Shown: positions 37,440-46,998 of the stretch, piece after piece
Layout: each line of letters opens with the position of its first letter
Position numbering within the stretch: position 1 is the stretch's first letter
Assembly: GCA_965216875.1 (NCBI GenBank)
Contig: OZ244207.1
Location: 6,944,001 to 7,008,000 of the forward strand
Source: Rubripirellula sp.
GTDB taxonomy: Bacteria; Planctomycetota; Planctomycetia; Pirellulales; Pirellulaceae
Direction of reading: 5' to 3'
DNA length: 64,000 nucleotides
Notes under the pieces: generated by a model
The model's input: only the letters and a program-made list of their open reading frames with translations
Databases searched by the model: none
What the model was told of the DNA's origin: nothing
Position numbers and translations under genes: made by a program

Positions 37440-40403
37440 TCAGTGGTCGATGTGTTCGCCCAACTGAAACGCCTCGTTTTGGCCCTCGACCACGAGATAG
37501 TCGGCACCCGAGGTGATGGAGCCCAGTTTGGAAGTGACGCCTGAGGGCCACTCGATTTCGACCGACTCGAGTTCGAAGTGGTCGCCCGTTCCGAGCGTGA
37601 TGCGTCGCTGGTTGCTGCACATGTACCCATCGCCGGCGGTCAGTTGAGCGTGGAGCGTTCTGCCTGCGACCTTCGCACTCAGTTTCGCGCCGATTGCATC
37701 ACGCTGAGTCGTGGTGGCCTGAAGTGTGAAGGAGACGGAATTGCCGGCCCTCTCGGTTTGGTTGACCAGCAACGCGACGGGATCGTACAGGTGACTAATG
37801 GCGATGTCGCTGCGTCCGTCACGGTTGATGTCGCAGCTGACCAGAGCTCGGCCAAGGTGATCGGCAGAGAAATACTGACCCAGCTGAGTGCGGTCGACTT
37901 CTTCGTAGCGTTTCTGTTGGTTCATCGAGAAGAGTTGGGGACGCATGCGATACCCAACGTCGTCGCGCTGGACGTCATCAACATGTCCGTTGGCGACCAT
38001 CAGCTCGAGCGTTCCGTTATTGTCGAAGTCGCACCAGTCCGTTCCAAAGCCAAGCAACTTCATCGAGGGTGCAGCCAGTCCTGTTTGGTACGAACGATCG
38101 CGCCACAGACCGGGGGCAACTTGTTCGTAGTAGGTGTTGTGGTCGTCGGCAAAGTGCGTCAAGAAAAAGTCGGTGTCGCCGTCTTGGTCAGGATCGGCAG
38201 CGGCCATTCCCATCGAGGCTTGTGAATTGCTTTGAGCGTTAAAACCGAGACCGCGGATGGCTGCCAAGTCAACGAGCCGAAACCCGCTGTCTGAAGTCGA
38301 TGGCGACCAAAGGTGATTCACTGTCATGTCGTTGGCGACATAAACATCCAATCCCGCTCTTTGGTCGAATTGTCCAACCACGACGCCTAGGCCACGGCCG
38401 GGCGAGGTTTGCTCCATCCAGTTTGAAGTCATTTCTTCAAAAGTTCCGTCCGGTTTGCCGCGCCAAACGCGATCGATCTGGGCGTCAAATTCGAGAGGTG
38501 GGCAGGTCGAGAGCAATCCTTTCTTGTTTCGACAAGGTTTGATGTAGGGTGCTTCGCCACCGCAGTAGTTGATCTCGAAAAGGTCTGCGATTGCATCCCC
38601 ATCAAAATCGGCCATCACGACAGATGTCGTCCAATCCTTGGAAGTGATCTTGGCATCGACTTCACTGAAGGTGCCGTCACCGTTGTTGCGATACAGTCGA
38701 TTGCGTCCGATGTTGGCATCAAAAAGATCAGGGAACCCGTCGCTGTTGTAGTCGCCGACAGCGATTCCATGAGAGAATCCAAAGTCGTTGTAGCCAGCAA
38801 CGGACGCAATGCTTTTGAATTTGCCGTCCAGATTCATGAACAACGCGTTGGCAGAGGAATCGACTTGATTCGGTTTTCCGTCAAGCATGGCGGCCGCGAT
38901 GTCGGGCCAACCATCAAGGTTGAAGTCGATGACCGAGACACCACCGCCGACGCTTTGATAGATCCAATGCCCCTCTTTGATCGCTGACGCGGCAATCTCG
39001 CAGGTGTGAATGAGTCCGCGTTTGTTTGCCTGGTCGCGAAAAACGATGCTCGCAGGTTGTGAGAGTGGTTTGTGTGCTGCGACCTCGACGTTTGCATTCC
39101 AGTTGACAGGTTGCAAATCACTCAAATCGATCCTGGCTGCGGTCGTGTATTGGGGGCTTTGGATGGGGGTCTGCAGGCTTAGCTTTTGGTGGATCGCACG
39201 GTGCTTGTCGCTTGCATCGGCGACCGGGTCCTCGGCCAATGAGGTGGCATACCGCGCCCACGCTTCGGCTTCCCAGAGACGACCTAGATCAACCAGTGCA
39301 TTTGCAACGGCCATCGCCGCAGTTTGCGATTGGCTCTTGCGTTCCAGGTGTGTTTCGACAGCGTCTCCCAGGATCGTTTGTAGCGACAAGATTTGCTCGG
39401 CTGCTGCTGCATCCTCTCTGCGATCAAGTTGGCTCAGGCAGAGCACCAATCCGCTGAGAGCTTCGGGCGGCGGCGCTGGGGAGCGAGCCATGCATTCCCA
39501 ATAGCACCGTGCGGCTTGCTCGAATTGTCTTTGTTGGCTGGCCCAAAGCCCAGCGACCAACCAAAATTCGGCTTCCTGAATCGCCTCAGCAGGCAGCTTC
39601 TTTTGCCAATCGGTGATCAGCGGGTCGCCCATTTCAGCTAAGGCTCGCCCATACAGCATTTGGGCAGGCAGAAAGTCAGGATGTTTGGCGACGACCGGTC
39701 CGAGTCGCTCCTTGACCGCATTCCACTGGACCGCTCTTGCGTCTGCTAATGCCAGGCCCAAGCTCGGCCGCAGGTTTTGATCCGACACAAGCTGCTCGCA
39801 CATGGTTGTGTCGGGTTGCACGCGCGATGGGCTGGCGAGCACCAGCAGCGAATCGGCGTCAGCCATTTGTCGCTGCAACAACCATTGAAGCGGTTCAATC
39901 GCTTCGTTGGTGATTCCCAACATCGTGGCGAGTCCAGCCAGGTCGTACCGCGGATTGGGTTGATTGGGGAACTGCTCAATCGCCTGCTGCAGCACGGCGA
40001 CGGCAGCGAAAGGTTTGCCGCCACCGACAAACGCTTGTGCCTGCTTGTCGAACAGACTGAGGCTGGGGTCGGGCGAACTGTCCCGAGCAGCGGCATACAT
40101 CTCGGCGGCATCGAGGTGTTTGCGTTTTTGAGTCGCAATGTCTCCTGCAAACTCCAATGCAAAGGCGTCGTTGGGAGAGGTCAGCAGGTGCTGGGTGATT
40201 TCGTTTTCCGCTGCGTCGAAGTCGCCAGCAACGGCTGCTTTGCGCGCTGCCGCCAAGTGATCGACGGTGTCGGGTTCAACTGTCCTGTTCCCTGCCGGTA
40301 ATTTGACTGGCTGCGGCGATGTGTCCTGCTTGCCACATCCAGCGAACGAGGGGAGCGTACTCAGAAAAAAAGTGATGAGAAAATGTCGTAAAAAGCGGTG
40401 CAT
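37440..40403 (-). CDS. TPR + FG-GAP + ASPIC/UnbV lipoprotein
   Basis: Lipobox FAGC; DFNLDGWPD, GDYNSDGFPDL, QASMG, RDAIGAK...AGDGY...WPSG. Confidence 0.9.
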   Translation of the reverse strand: MHRFLRHFLITFFLSTLPSFAGCGKQDTSPQPVKLPAGNRTVEPDTVDHLAAARKAAVAGDFDAAENEITQHLLTSPNDAFALEFAGDIATQKRKHLDAAEMYAAARDSSPDPSLSLFDKQAQAFVGGGKPFAAVAVLQQAIEQFPNQPNPRYDLAGLATMLGITNEAIEPLQWLLQRQMADADSLLVLASPSRVQPDTTMCEQLVSDQNLRPSLGLALADARAVQWNAVKERLGPVVAKHPDFLPAQMLYGRALAEMGDPLITDWQKKLPAEAIQEAEFWLVAGLWASQQRQFEQAARCYWECMARSPAPPPEALSGLVLCLSQLDRREDAAAAEQILSLQTILGDAVETHLERKSQSQTAAMAVANALVDLGRLWEAEAWARYATSLAEDPVADASDKHRAIHQKLSLQTPIQSPQYTTAARIDLSDLQPVNWNANVEVAAHKPLSQPASIVFRDQANKRGLIHTCEIAASAIKEGHWIYQSVGGGVSVIDFNLDGWPDIAAAMLDGKPNQVDSSANALFMNLDGKFKSIASVAGYNDFGFSHGIAVGDYNSDGFPDLFDANIGRNRLYRNNGDGTFSEVDAKITSKDWTTSVVMADFDGDAIADLFEINYCGGEAPYIKPCRNKKGLLSTCPPLEFDAQIDRVWRGKPDGTFEEMTSNWMEQTSPGRGLGVVVGQFDQRAGLDVYVANDMTVNHLWSPSTSDSGFRLVDLAAIRGLGFNAQSNSQASMGMAAADPDQDGDTDFFLTHFADDHNTYYEQVAPGLWRDRSYQTGLAAPSMKLLGFGTDWCDFDNNGTLELMVANGHVDDVQRDDVGYRMRPQLFSMNQQKRYEEVDRTQLGQYFSADHLGRALVSCDINRDGRSDIAISHLYDPVALLVNQTERAGNSVSFTLQATTTQRDAIGAKLSAKVAGRTLHAQLTAGDGYMCSNQRRITLGTGDHFELESVEIEWPSGVTSKLGSITSGADYLVVEGQNEAFQLGEHIDH

Positions 40404-40575
40404 CGAGGCAGAGTTTTGTCAGGAATGACGCGTTGCAATTTGGTAGCGGGATTGGGTGGCGAAGCGTTTGTTGCCGTGCCGATGTCAGAAATCCGCGAAA
40501 GTACTTGACCTCCACAGCACCGTAAAAGACACTTCTAGGTCCCAAATCCTACCGTTCTCTTACTCTGAGACCATT

Positions 40576-40770
40576 ATGACCAAGAAAACTTTCTCATTCT
40601 TTGCCGCACTCGCTCTCGTTAGCACCATGACCTTCACCGGTTGCTCGAACACCGGCCCAGCTCCCGAGCCAGAGACCACTGCTCTGACTGAAGAGGAAAT
40701 CCAGGAAATGGCTGACTACGAAGCCGAGCAAGAGAAAAACGCACAGCGGATGCGCGAGCAAGGCAACTAG
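40576..40770 (+). CDS. Small lipoprotein (64 aa)
   Basis: MTKKTFSFFAALALVSTMTFTGC lipobox; acidic helical mature part; highly expressed-type codons. Confidence 0.8.
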   Translation: MTKKTFSFFAALALVSTMTFTGCSNTGPAPEPETTALTEEEIQEMADYEAEQEKNAQRMREQGN

Positions 40771-40836
40771 CACGTTTTTTGATCTGATTCACCACCCCCT
40801 CTGTTTGAGGGTGTGGAATTTTCTTCCCAAAAAACG

Positions 40837-40866
40837 TTGAATCTTACACAGCATAGCATTTATAGT
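40837..40866 (+). promoter_or_regulatory. Putative sigma70-type promoter of first DUF1559 copy
   Basis: TTGAAT-N18-TATAGT(AC); matched by the same arrangement before the paralog. Confidence 0.55.
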
Positions 40867-40931
40867 ACGGAACTCGGCGCCATGCGCAAGCGCCGTGTTT
40901 TTATTGTTTTCTCGATTCGGGAGTTTCTTTT

Positions 40932-42197
40932 ATGAGAAATCCAACCCAACGTAGCGGTTTCACGCTCGTTGAATTGCTGGTGGTGATTGCCATCATCGGC
41001 GTCCTTGTTGGCCTGCTATTGCCGGCCGTCCAGGCAGCTCGCGAAGCTGCTCGTCGTATGAGTTGTAGTAACAACTTCAAGCAAATTGGTCTTGGTCTGC
41101 ACAACTATCACTCGGCACACAAAAACTTGCCGATGAATGATGGCGGAACTCACCAATTGCGAATCAACGGCGTCAATCAAAGCGAAGGACCTATTCCTAC
41201 CAATCGCCACGACTTGAGCTGGTTGGTTCCGATCCTTCCCTACATCGAGCAACAAGCTCTTTGGGAAAAGATTTCGAACCCTTACGGTTTTGACCGTGAA
41301 AACCGTCCTTTGACTGGCAACCTGTACCCAGCCATGGGGCCTCGCCCTTGGGACCGCGGGTATCGTCCTTGGTTGACACAAGTTCCTACCTACCGTTGTC
41401 CCAGTGACCCTGCGACACCAGGTTTGAACGCTCTTGCTTACACCAACTACTCCTGCTGCACCGGTGATGCTGTCTTCGAGCAGCAGCACTCGGGTGTTGA
41501 GAACAATGGTGTTGGTAATGGCAATGGTACTTGGGGACAAGATGGTGCTCGTCGGTGGGCACGTGGTGTCTTCCACAACCGCCACTTCACCAAGTTCCGT
41601 GACATCACCGATGGTTTGGCCAATACCATCATGTGTGCTGAGAACATGTGCTGGAATCGCGACCGCGATATTCGTACGACATGTTTGAACCTGCAGGACG
41701 GAAATCCAGGTGGTGCTGGTAACCAATCTGCCGATGCTCCGCCATCGACATGGCAGCAATTCCAGGACCCTGAGCGTCCAATCCAATGGTTGCCAGCCAA
41801 CGGCACGCCAAGTGCGCCGATTGAGCAGGGTGCGAACCAATCGGACCGTCACCGCGGTATGCGATGGACCGATGGTCGACCACAGTACGCTCACGTGCAG
41901 ACGATTCGTCCGCCTAACAGCTACGGTTGTGTCACCCGTTGGGAAGGTAACTTCGGTATCTACAGTGCCTCGAGCCGACACCAAGGTGGTGCCCACGTCT
42001 TGATGGCTGACGGCGCAGTTATCTTCATTACCGACTCGATCGATGCCGGTGACCAAGAGCATGTCCCTTACGGACGTGACAACGGTGATGGTCTCGGTGC
42101 AAACGGTGGTGCGGGTAAGAAGAGCCCCTACGGTCTTTGGGGTGCACTCGGCACCAAAGGCAGTGGCGAAGTGGTTGAAGAAGAGCTCAACCAGTAG
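40932..42197 (+). CDS. DUF1559-family prepilin-type protein (copy 1)
   Basis: [75 protein letters not shown]. Confidence 0.95.
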   Translation: MRNPTQRSGFTLVELLVVIAIIGVLVGLLLPAVQAAREAARRMSCSNNFKQIGLGLHNYHSAHKNLPMNDGGTHQLRINGVNQSEGPIPTNRHDLSWLVPILPYIEQQALWEKISNPYGFDRENRPLTGNLYPAMGPRPWDRGYRPWLTQVPTYRCPSDPATPGLNALAYTNYSCCTGDAVFEQQHSGVENNGVGNGNGTWGQDGARRWARGVFHNRHFTKFRDITDGLANTIMCAENMCWNRDRDIRTTCLNLQDGNPGGAGNQSADAPPSTWQQFQDPERPIQWLPANGTPSAPIEQGANQSDRHRGMRWTDGRPQYAHVQTIRPPNSYGCVTRWEGNFGIYSASSRHQGGAHVLMADGAVIFITDSIDAGDQEHVPYGRDNGDGLGANGGAGKKSPYGLWGALGTKGSGEVVEEELNQ

Positions 42198-42225
42198 CTC
42201 CAAACCTGCTACCTGACTCATTGCG

Positions 42226-42260
42226 AAGCGGGTGTGGCGCCAGCCACACCCGCTTTTTTT
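42226..42260 (+). terminator. Rho-independent terminator
   Basis: AAGCGGGTGTGGC-GCCA-GCCACACCCGCTT followed by T run. Confidence 0.9.
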
Positions 42261-42384
42261 GTGCCTGTAGTGTTGGGGCAATCGAAGGAGCGGACCGCTC
42301 TGATTGGCTCTAGCGGTTCCTGTCGGTAGGGGGGCTGGGGTTACCTTGCAGTCTGTTTGTGGGATGTTTTCTCACGAAGATTTG

Positions 42385-42414
42385 TTGATTCTGACCCCGC
42401 CTTGCGCTTATCGT
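42385..42414 (+). promoter_or_regulatory. Putative sigma70-type promoter of second DUF1559 copy
   Basis: TTGATT-N18-TATCGT(AC). Confidence 0.5.
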
Positions 42415-42480
42415 ACGAGGGTTGGCGTAATTTAATCTCGCCTTACCTTTATCTTCCCTTCCCTTTCATGAGTTCCTTTC

Positions 42481-43740
42481 ATGAGAAATCCGACCCGACG
42501 GAGCGGTTTCACGCTCGTTGAATTGCTGGTGGTGATCGCCATCATCGGCGTCCTTGTTGGCCTGCTATTGCCGGCCGTCCAAGCAGCTCGAGAAGCTGCT
42601 CGTCGCATGAGTTGTAGTAACAACTTCAAGCAAATCGGTTTGGCTCTGCACAACTATCATTCGGCGCACAAGAATTTGCCGATGAATGATGGCGGAACAC
42701 ACCAGTTGCGCATCCAGGGTGTGAACCAAGCCATGGGTCTACACAATCGTCACGACTTGAGCTGGATGGTTCCAATCCTCCCGTACATCGAGCAACAAGC
42801 TCTTTGGGAGAAGATTGCCAATCCCTATGGGTTCAACAACGAAAACCAGCCCATCGCCAATCCCTTCCCACCAATGGGGCCTCAACCATGGCGTCGGGAC
42901 TATCGTCCTTGGTTGACTCAGGTTCCTACCTATCGCTGTCCTAGCGACCCAGCGGTACCTGGTTTGAATCGACCCGCTTACACCAACTACTCGTGCTGCA
43001 CCGGCGACGCGTTGTTCGAGCAGCAGCACTCGGGTGTTCAAGACAATGGCGTTGGCCACCCAGACGGAACATGGGGGCAAGATGGTGCACGACGTTGGGC
43101 GCGCGGTGTCTTCCACAACCGCCACTTCACCAAGTTCCGCGACATCACCGATGGTCTCGCCAACACGATCATGTGTGCCGAGAGCATGTGCTGGAATCGT
43201 GATCGCGACATCCGAACCACTTGCTTGAACCTTCAGGATGGTAGCCCTGGCGGGGCGGGCAACCAGGTTGCCGACCTTGCTCCAGCCGAGTGGCAAAAGT
43301 TCCAAGATCCGGAACGCCCCATTCAGTGGTTGCCCAATGGCAGTGCTCCTCACGAAATGGGTGGTGGCAACGGTGGTCAGACCGATTCGCGCCACCGCGG
43401 TCAACGTTGGGCTGACGGGCGTCCCCAATACGCTCACATGCAAACGATTCGACCACCGAACAGCTACTGCTGTGTCACCCGCTGGGAAGGCAACTTCGGA
43501 ATCTTCGGTGCCTCGAGTCGTCACCAAGGTGGTGCTCATGTCTTGATGGCTGACGGTGCCGTGATCTTCATCACTGACTCGATCGATGCCGGCGACCAAC
43601 AGCACGTGCCTTATGGACGTGACAACGGCGATGGTCTCGGTCCCAACGGTGGCGCTGGTAAGAAGAGCCCCTATGGTCTTTGGGGTGCACTGGGCACCAA
43701 GGCTGGCGGCGAAGTGGTTGAAGAAGAGCTCAACCAATAG
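42481..43740 (+). CDS. DUF1559-family prepilin-type protein (copy 2, tandem paralog)
   Basis: Same motifs as copy 1; colinear and mostly identical outside several loops. Confidence 0.95.
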   Translation: MRNPTRRSGFTLVELLVVIAIIGVLVGLLLPAVQAAREAARRMSCSNNFKQIGLALHNYHSAHKNLPMNDGGTHQLRIQGVNQAMGLHNRHDLSWMVPILPYIEQQALWEKIANPYGFNNENQPIANPFPPMGPQPWRRDYRPWLTQVPTYRCPSDPAVPGLNRPAYTNYSCCTGDALFEQQHSGVQDNGVGHPDGTWGQDGARRWARGVFHNRHFTKFRDITDGLANTIMCAESMCWNRDRDIRTTCLNLQDGSPGGAGNQVADLAPAEWQKFQDPERPIQWLPNGSAPHEMGGGNGGQTDSRHRGQRWADGRPQYAHMQTIRPPNSYCCVTRWEGNFGIFGASSRHQGGAHVLMADGAVIFITDSIDAGDQQHVPYGRDNGDGLGPNGGAGKKSPYGLWGALGTKAGGEVVEEELNQ

Positions 43741-43769
43741 CCTCGTTCTGACAACCTGAATCTGCTTCG

Positions 43770-43806
43770 AAGCGGGTGTGGCAACCAGCCACGCCCGCTT
43801 TTTTTT
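43770..43806 (+). terminator. Rho-independent terminator (paralog of 42226)
   Basis: AAGCGGGTGTGGC-AACCA-GCCACGCCCGCTT followed by T run. Confidence 0.9.
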
Positions 43807-43902
43807 CGACGAGTGACCGCCGATCTGTCGAACCCAAAATCGGTCAACGCGATAGAATGGTTCGGTACAACCTTCTTCCAAGAACCCGAATGATCGGTCA
43901 GC

Positions 43903-46900
43903 ATGCCCCGATTGATTCTCGCCCATCCCATCCCCAGAGCCACGATCATGCCAAGCTGGGTTTGGGTGTCTTTGCGGCGGTGCGCGGGGGCCGTCTTTTG
44001 CGGGTGCCTCCTGTTATCGTTTGGATGCGATAAGTCGTCTGAGGCGACCGTCGACGTGGGTACGAGCGGAGCCGCTGCTGCCCCTAAAACGCTTCCTGAT
44101 GAGGCGTTGCCCGAGAAGGGTTTGCCGGACGAGCCGTTGCCCAAGCAGCCAGCGTACGACCGCGATCAGTTGCTCGGTGACGCTGACGCGTTTGCTAGTG
44201 ACGGTGATTTCGATAAGGCCGCGGCCGCAATACAACGCGTGCTTGTCGTGAACCCTGATGATGTCGAGGCGCTGTTTCAATTTGCCAACGTCCAGGCTGC
44301 TGCCGGAAAGCTTGATGAAGCGGTGCAGTTGCTTGATTCGATCCCTAGCGACCATCCCGAGGCCGGCTTGCCCGCGCTTGGTCAATCGGCGGATTGGTGC
44401 ATGGTGCTCGAGCGGTTTGAGGAGGCGGAACGACGGTACACCGAAGTGCTAAAACGCGTCCCACGCGCTGCCGTTGCGCATCGCCAGCTCGCGTTTCTGC
44501 TTAATCGCCAAGGCCGCCGGCACGAGGCGGCTGAGCATATTCGCCAGCTCTGCCTGCTGGGTGACGTTCGGCAGGATGAGTTGCACGCGTTGATGACGGT
44601 TAGCCACGCGATGTACAACGCGCCGGATGAACCTCGACCGACCGATGGCAGTCGACTCTACACGCCGATCGGTCCGTCGGCGATCGCTCGCAAGCTTTAT
44701 TCGGACTACAAGTACGCCGAGGCGGCTGAGGTCTTGCGAGAGTCGATTGTTGCTGGCGACCAGTCTCCTGCGATCGTCGCTTTCTACGGGCGCATTTTAG
44801 TTGAAGCCCAAGAGGAGGCTCAGTTTCTGGCGTGGCTTGCCGCGGTCGATGATTCGATCAAAGAGTATTCGGAGTACTGGTCCGCGCTGGGCGCCTACTT
44901 GCTTGGCAAGCGTCGTCACGAAGAAGCCGTTCGCGCGCTCGCCGAAGCGTTGCGACGAGATCCAACCGATCCAATGAACGTCCGTCGTATGAATCAGACG
45001 CTTCTTGCGCTTGGGAAAGAAGACGAAGCCGACAAATGGCAAGACCATTACGTCGCACTCAGTAAGATCGCGCGCGCAAGCAACCGAATCGGTGAAACGA
45101 CTCAACCCAATCCTAACGACTTCACGACGATCATCGAGGGACTCGGCGATTTGAATCGCCCTCTTGAAGCCTTGACCTGGGAACTGTTCGAGGCGCTCAG
45201 CAAAAAGTCTCCTCAAGAAACGTTGCAGGCGATCGCAGGTCGAAGGAAACCGCTGGTCGCATCCGGAGCGGCGTTCCCCGGTGACAACGAGAACTTGTAC
45301 GGGCTCAATTTGGAGGCGTTTCCAGCTCCGGTTTTTGATTTACCCAAGGACGCAACCTTGGCTTCGATCCCCAAGCCCGAACCGGTCAGCACGATCAAGA
45401 CGGTGCCTCGGATGAGAAATGTCGCTGGCGATCGAGGCCTTGCGCACACCTACTACGTAGCGACGAAGCCACAGTCGCATGCGTTTGCGATCTATCAATC
45501 CCTTGGCGGCGGCGTTGCCGTGATCGATTATGACCTTGATGGTCGGCCGGACTTGTACCTTGCTCAAGGAGCTGCCGATCCGCCAAGAATGGTTGGTGTG
45601 GCGAGCAATCTGCTATACCGAACGGTCGGCGAACAATTGAAAGATGTCACGACGCAATCGAGCGCGACTGAAACACGGTACAGCGTGGGCGTGACTGCTG
45701 GCGATTGGAACCAGGATGGGTTTCCCGATCTGGTCGTCGCCAACATTGGTGGGAAAACACTGTTGATCAACAACGGGGATGGGACCTTTCGTCGAACCGA
45801 ATTTGATGAGGATGATCAAAACAAGACGTTGCCAAGTTCGATTGCCTTGGCCGACGTCACCGGGGACGCGCTTCCCGACATCATTGCCATCCATGACGTC
45901 GACGATCCGACCATGATCCGTCGTCCACAGGTTCACGCTGACGGAAGTATTGATACCGTTTCTCCGCTGGCCTTCACCGCGGGCGTCGACCGGATCATGG
46001 TCAATGACGGCGCCGGGGGAATGGCGATGCGAAACATCAATGATTCGCCCCGAGCGGCGAGCACGGGCCTTGGCGTGGTGGTTGCCGATTTCGATGGAAA
46101 ACCGGGCAATGAGATCTTCGTTGGAAACGATGTTCGTCCCAATCACCTTTGGGTGCGCGGAAGCGATGGCGAATCGTTCACCGACATTGCGGCGCTGGTG
46201 GGTTGTGGACACGGCAACGGGGGAATGCCAACCGCGTCGATGGGAATCGCGGCTGGCGACTTTGATGGATCGGGAACACTCGACCTGCATATCACCAACT
46301 TCTACAACGAGCCCGCCAGTCTGTTTATCAATCGCGGTGGTACGTTTGAAGACCGGTGCGTTCAGTACAAGCTTTATGCTGACAGTGCATCGGTGCTTGG
46401 GTTTGGCTCGCAAGCGATTGACTATGACAACGATACTCGACCCGATTTGGCCGTGACCAATGGCAATGTGGAAAAGGCGCCAGGCGAACCACTCGAACAA
46501 CCGCCGCAATTGTTCGTCAACTTAGGCACGGAGTTTCGTCTCACCCCAGTCAAAGACCCATCAGAATATTGGTCTGGAGTCTATCTGGGGCGTGGGATGG
46601 CGCGGTTGGACCATAATCGTGACGGTCGGCCAGACCTCGTTGTCACCCATATTGGATCTCCAACGGCACTCTTGATTAACGAAACCGAAACGGACCATCA
46701 CTGGCTGCGCGTGAAGTTGGTAGGGTCCGCGAGTGAACGGGATGCGATTGGAAGTCGTGTCGACGTGCAATCGGGCGACACCGCTGTCAGTCATTGGGTC
46801 AACGGCGGTGATGGCTACCTTTGCAAGAACGAGTCGACACTCTCGATTGGTTTGGGCGAGATCGATTCGATCGATACGTTGACGGTGACATGGCCCGACG

Positions 46901-46998
46901 GACAACAGCAAACGATCAAGAATGTCCCGGTCGACTCGCACTTGCTCGTCGTCGAAGGCCAAAAGGACGTGTTCGAGTTCGCTGTCGGAGAAGACTGA
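43903..46998 (+). CDS. TPR + FG-GAP + ASPIC/UnbV lipoprotein
   Basis: Lipobox LSFGC; DYDLDGRPDL, GDWNQDGFPDL, ASMGIAAGDFD, RDAIGSRV...GGDGY; start 43903 or 43948. Confidence 0.9.
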   Translation: MPRLILAHPIPRATIMPSWVWVSLRRCAGAVFCGCLLLSFGCDKSSEATVDVGTSGAAAAPKTLPDEALPEKGLPDEPLPKQPAYDRDQLLGDADAFASDGDFDKAAAAIQRVLVVNPDDVEALFQFANVQAAAGKLDEAVQLLDSIPSDHPEAGLPALGQSADWCMVLERFEEAERRYTEVLKRVPRAAVAHRQLAFLLNRQGRRHEAAEHIRQLCLLGDVRQDELHALMTVSHAMYNAPDEPRPTDGSRLYTPIGPSAIARKLYSDYKYAEAAEVLRESIVAGDQSPAIVAFYGRILVEAQEEAQFLAWLAAVDDSIKEYSEYWSALGAYLLGKRRHEEAVRALAEALRRDPTDPMNVRRMNQTLLALGKEDEADKWQDHYVALSKIARASNRIGETTQPNPNDFTTIIEGLGDLNRPLEALTWELFEALSKKSPQETLQAIAGRRKPLVASGAAFPGDNENLYGLNLEAFPAPVFDLPKDATLASIPKPEPVSTIKTVPRMRNVAGDRGLAHTYYVATKPQSHAFAIYQSLGGGVAVIDYDLDGRPDLYLAQGAADPPRMVGVASNLLYRTVGEQLKDVTTQSSATETRYSVGVTAGDWNQDGFPDLVVANIGGKTLLINNGDGTFRRTEFDEDDQNKTLPSSIALADVTGDALPDIIAIHDVDDPTMIRRPQVHADGSIDTVSPLAFTAGVDRIMVNDGAGGMAMRNINDSPRAASTGLGVVVADFDGKPGNEIFVGNDVRPNHLWVRGSDGESFTDIAALVGCGHGNGGMPTASMGIAAGDFDGSGTLDLHITNFYNEPASLFINRGGTFEDRCVQYKLYADSASVLGFGSQAIDYDNDTRPDLAVTNGNVEKAPGEPLEQPPQLFVNLGTEFRLTPVKDPSEYWSGVYLGRGMARLDHNRDGRPDLVVTHIGSPTALLINETETDHHWLRVKLVGSASERDAIGSRVDVQSGDTAVSHWVNGGDGYLCKNESTLSIGLGEIDSIDTLTVTWPDGQQQTIKNVPVDSHLLVVEGQKDVFEFAVGED

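Noticed and set aside
37432..37446. Perfect palindrome CCACTGA-T-TCAGTGG at the junction of two convergent FG-GAP genes
   Set aside because: Arises because both genes end in CAC TGA one base apart; a 1-nt loop with no U-tract is probably coincidence
40932..43740. Diversity-generating retroelement or invertible shufflon behind pilin variation
   Set aside because: No reverse transcriptase or recombinase in the window; differences include synonymous changes and indels throughout rather than adenine-specific substitutions
41016..43926. Long antisense ORFs (421 and 395 aa) opposite the DUF1559 pair, and 4223-5017 opposite the 4229 pilin
   Set aside because: In-register shadows of strongly codon-biased genes; no motifs of their own
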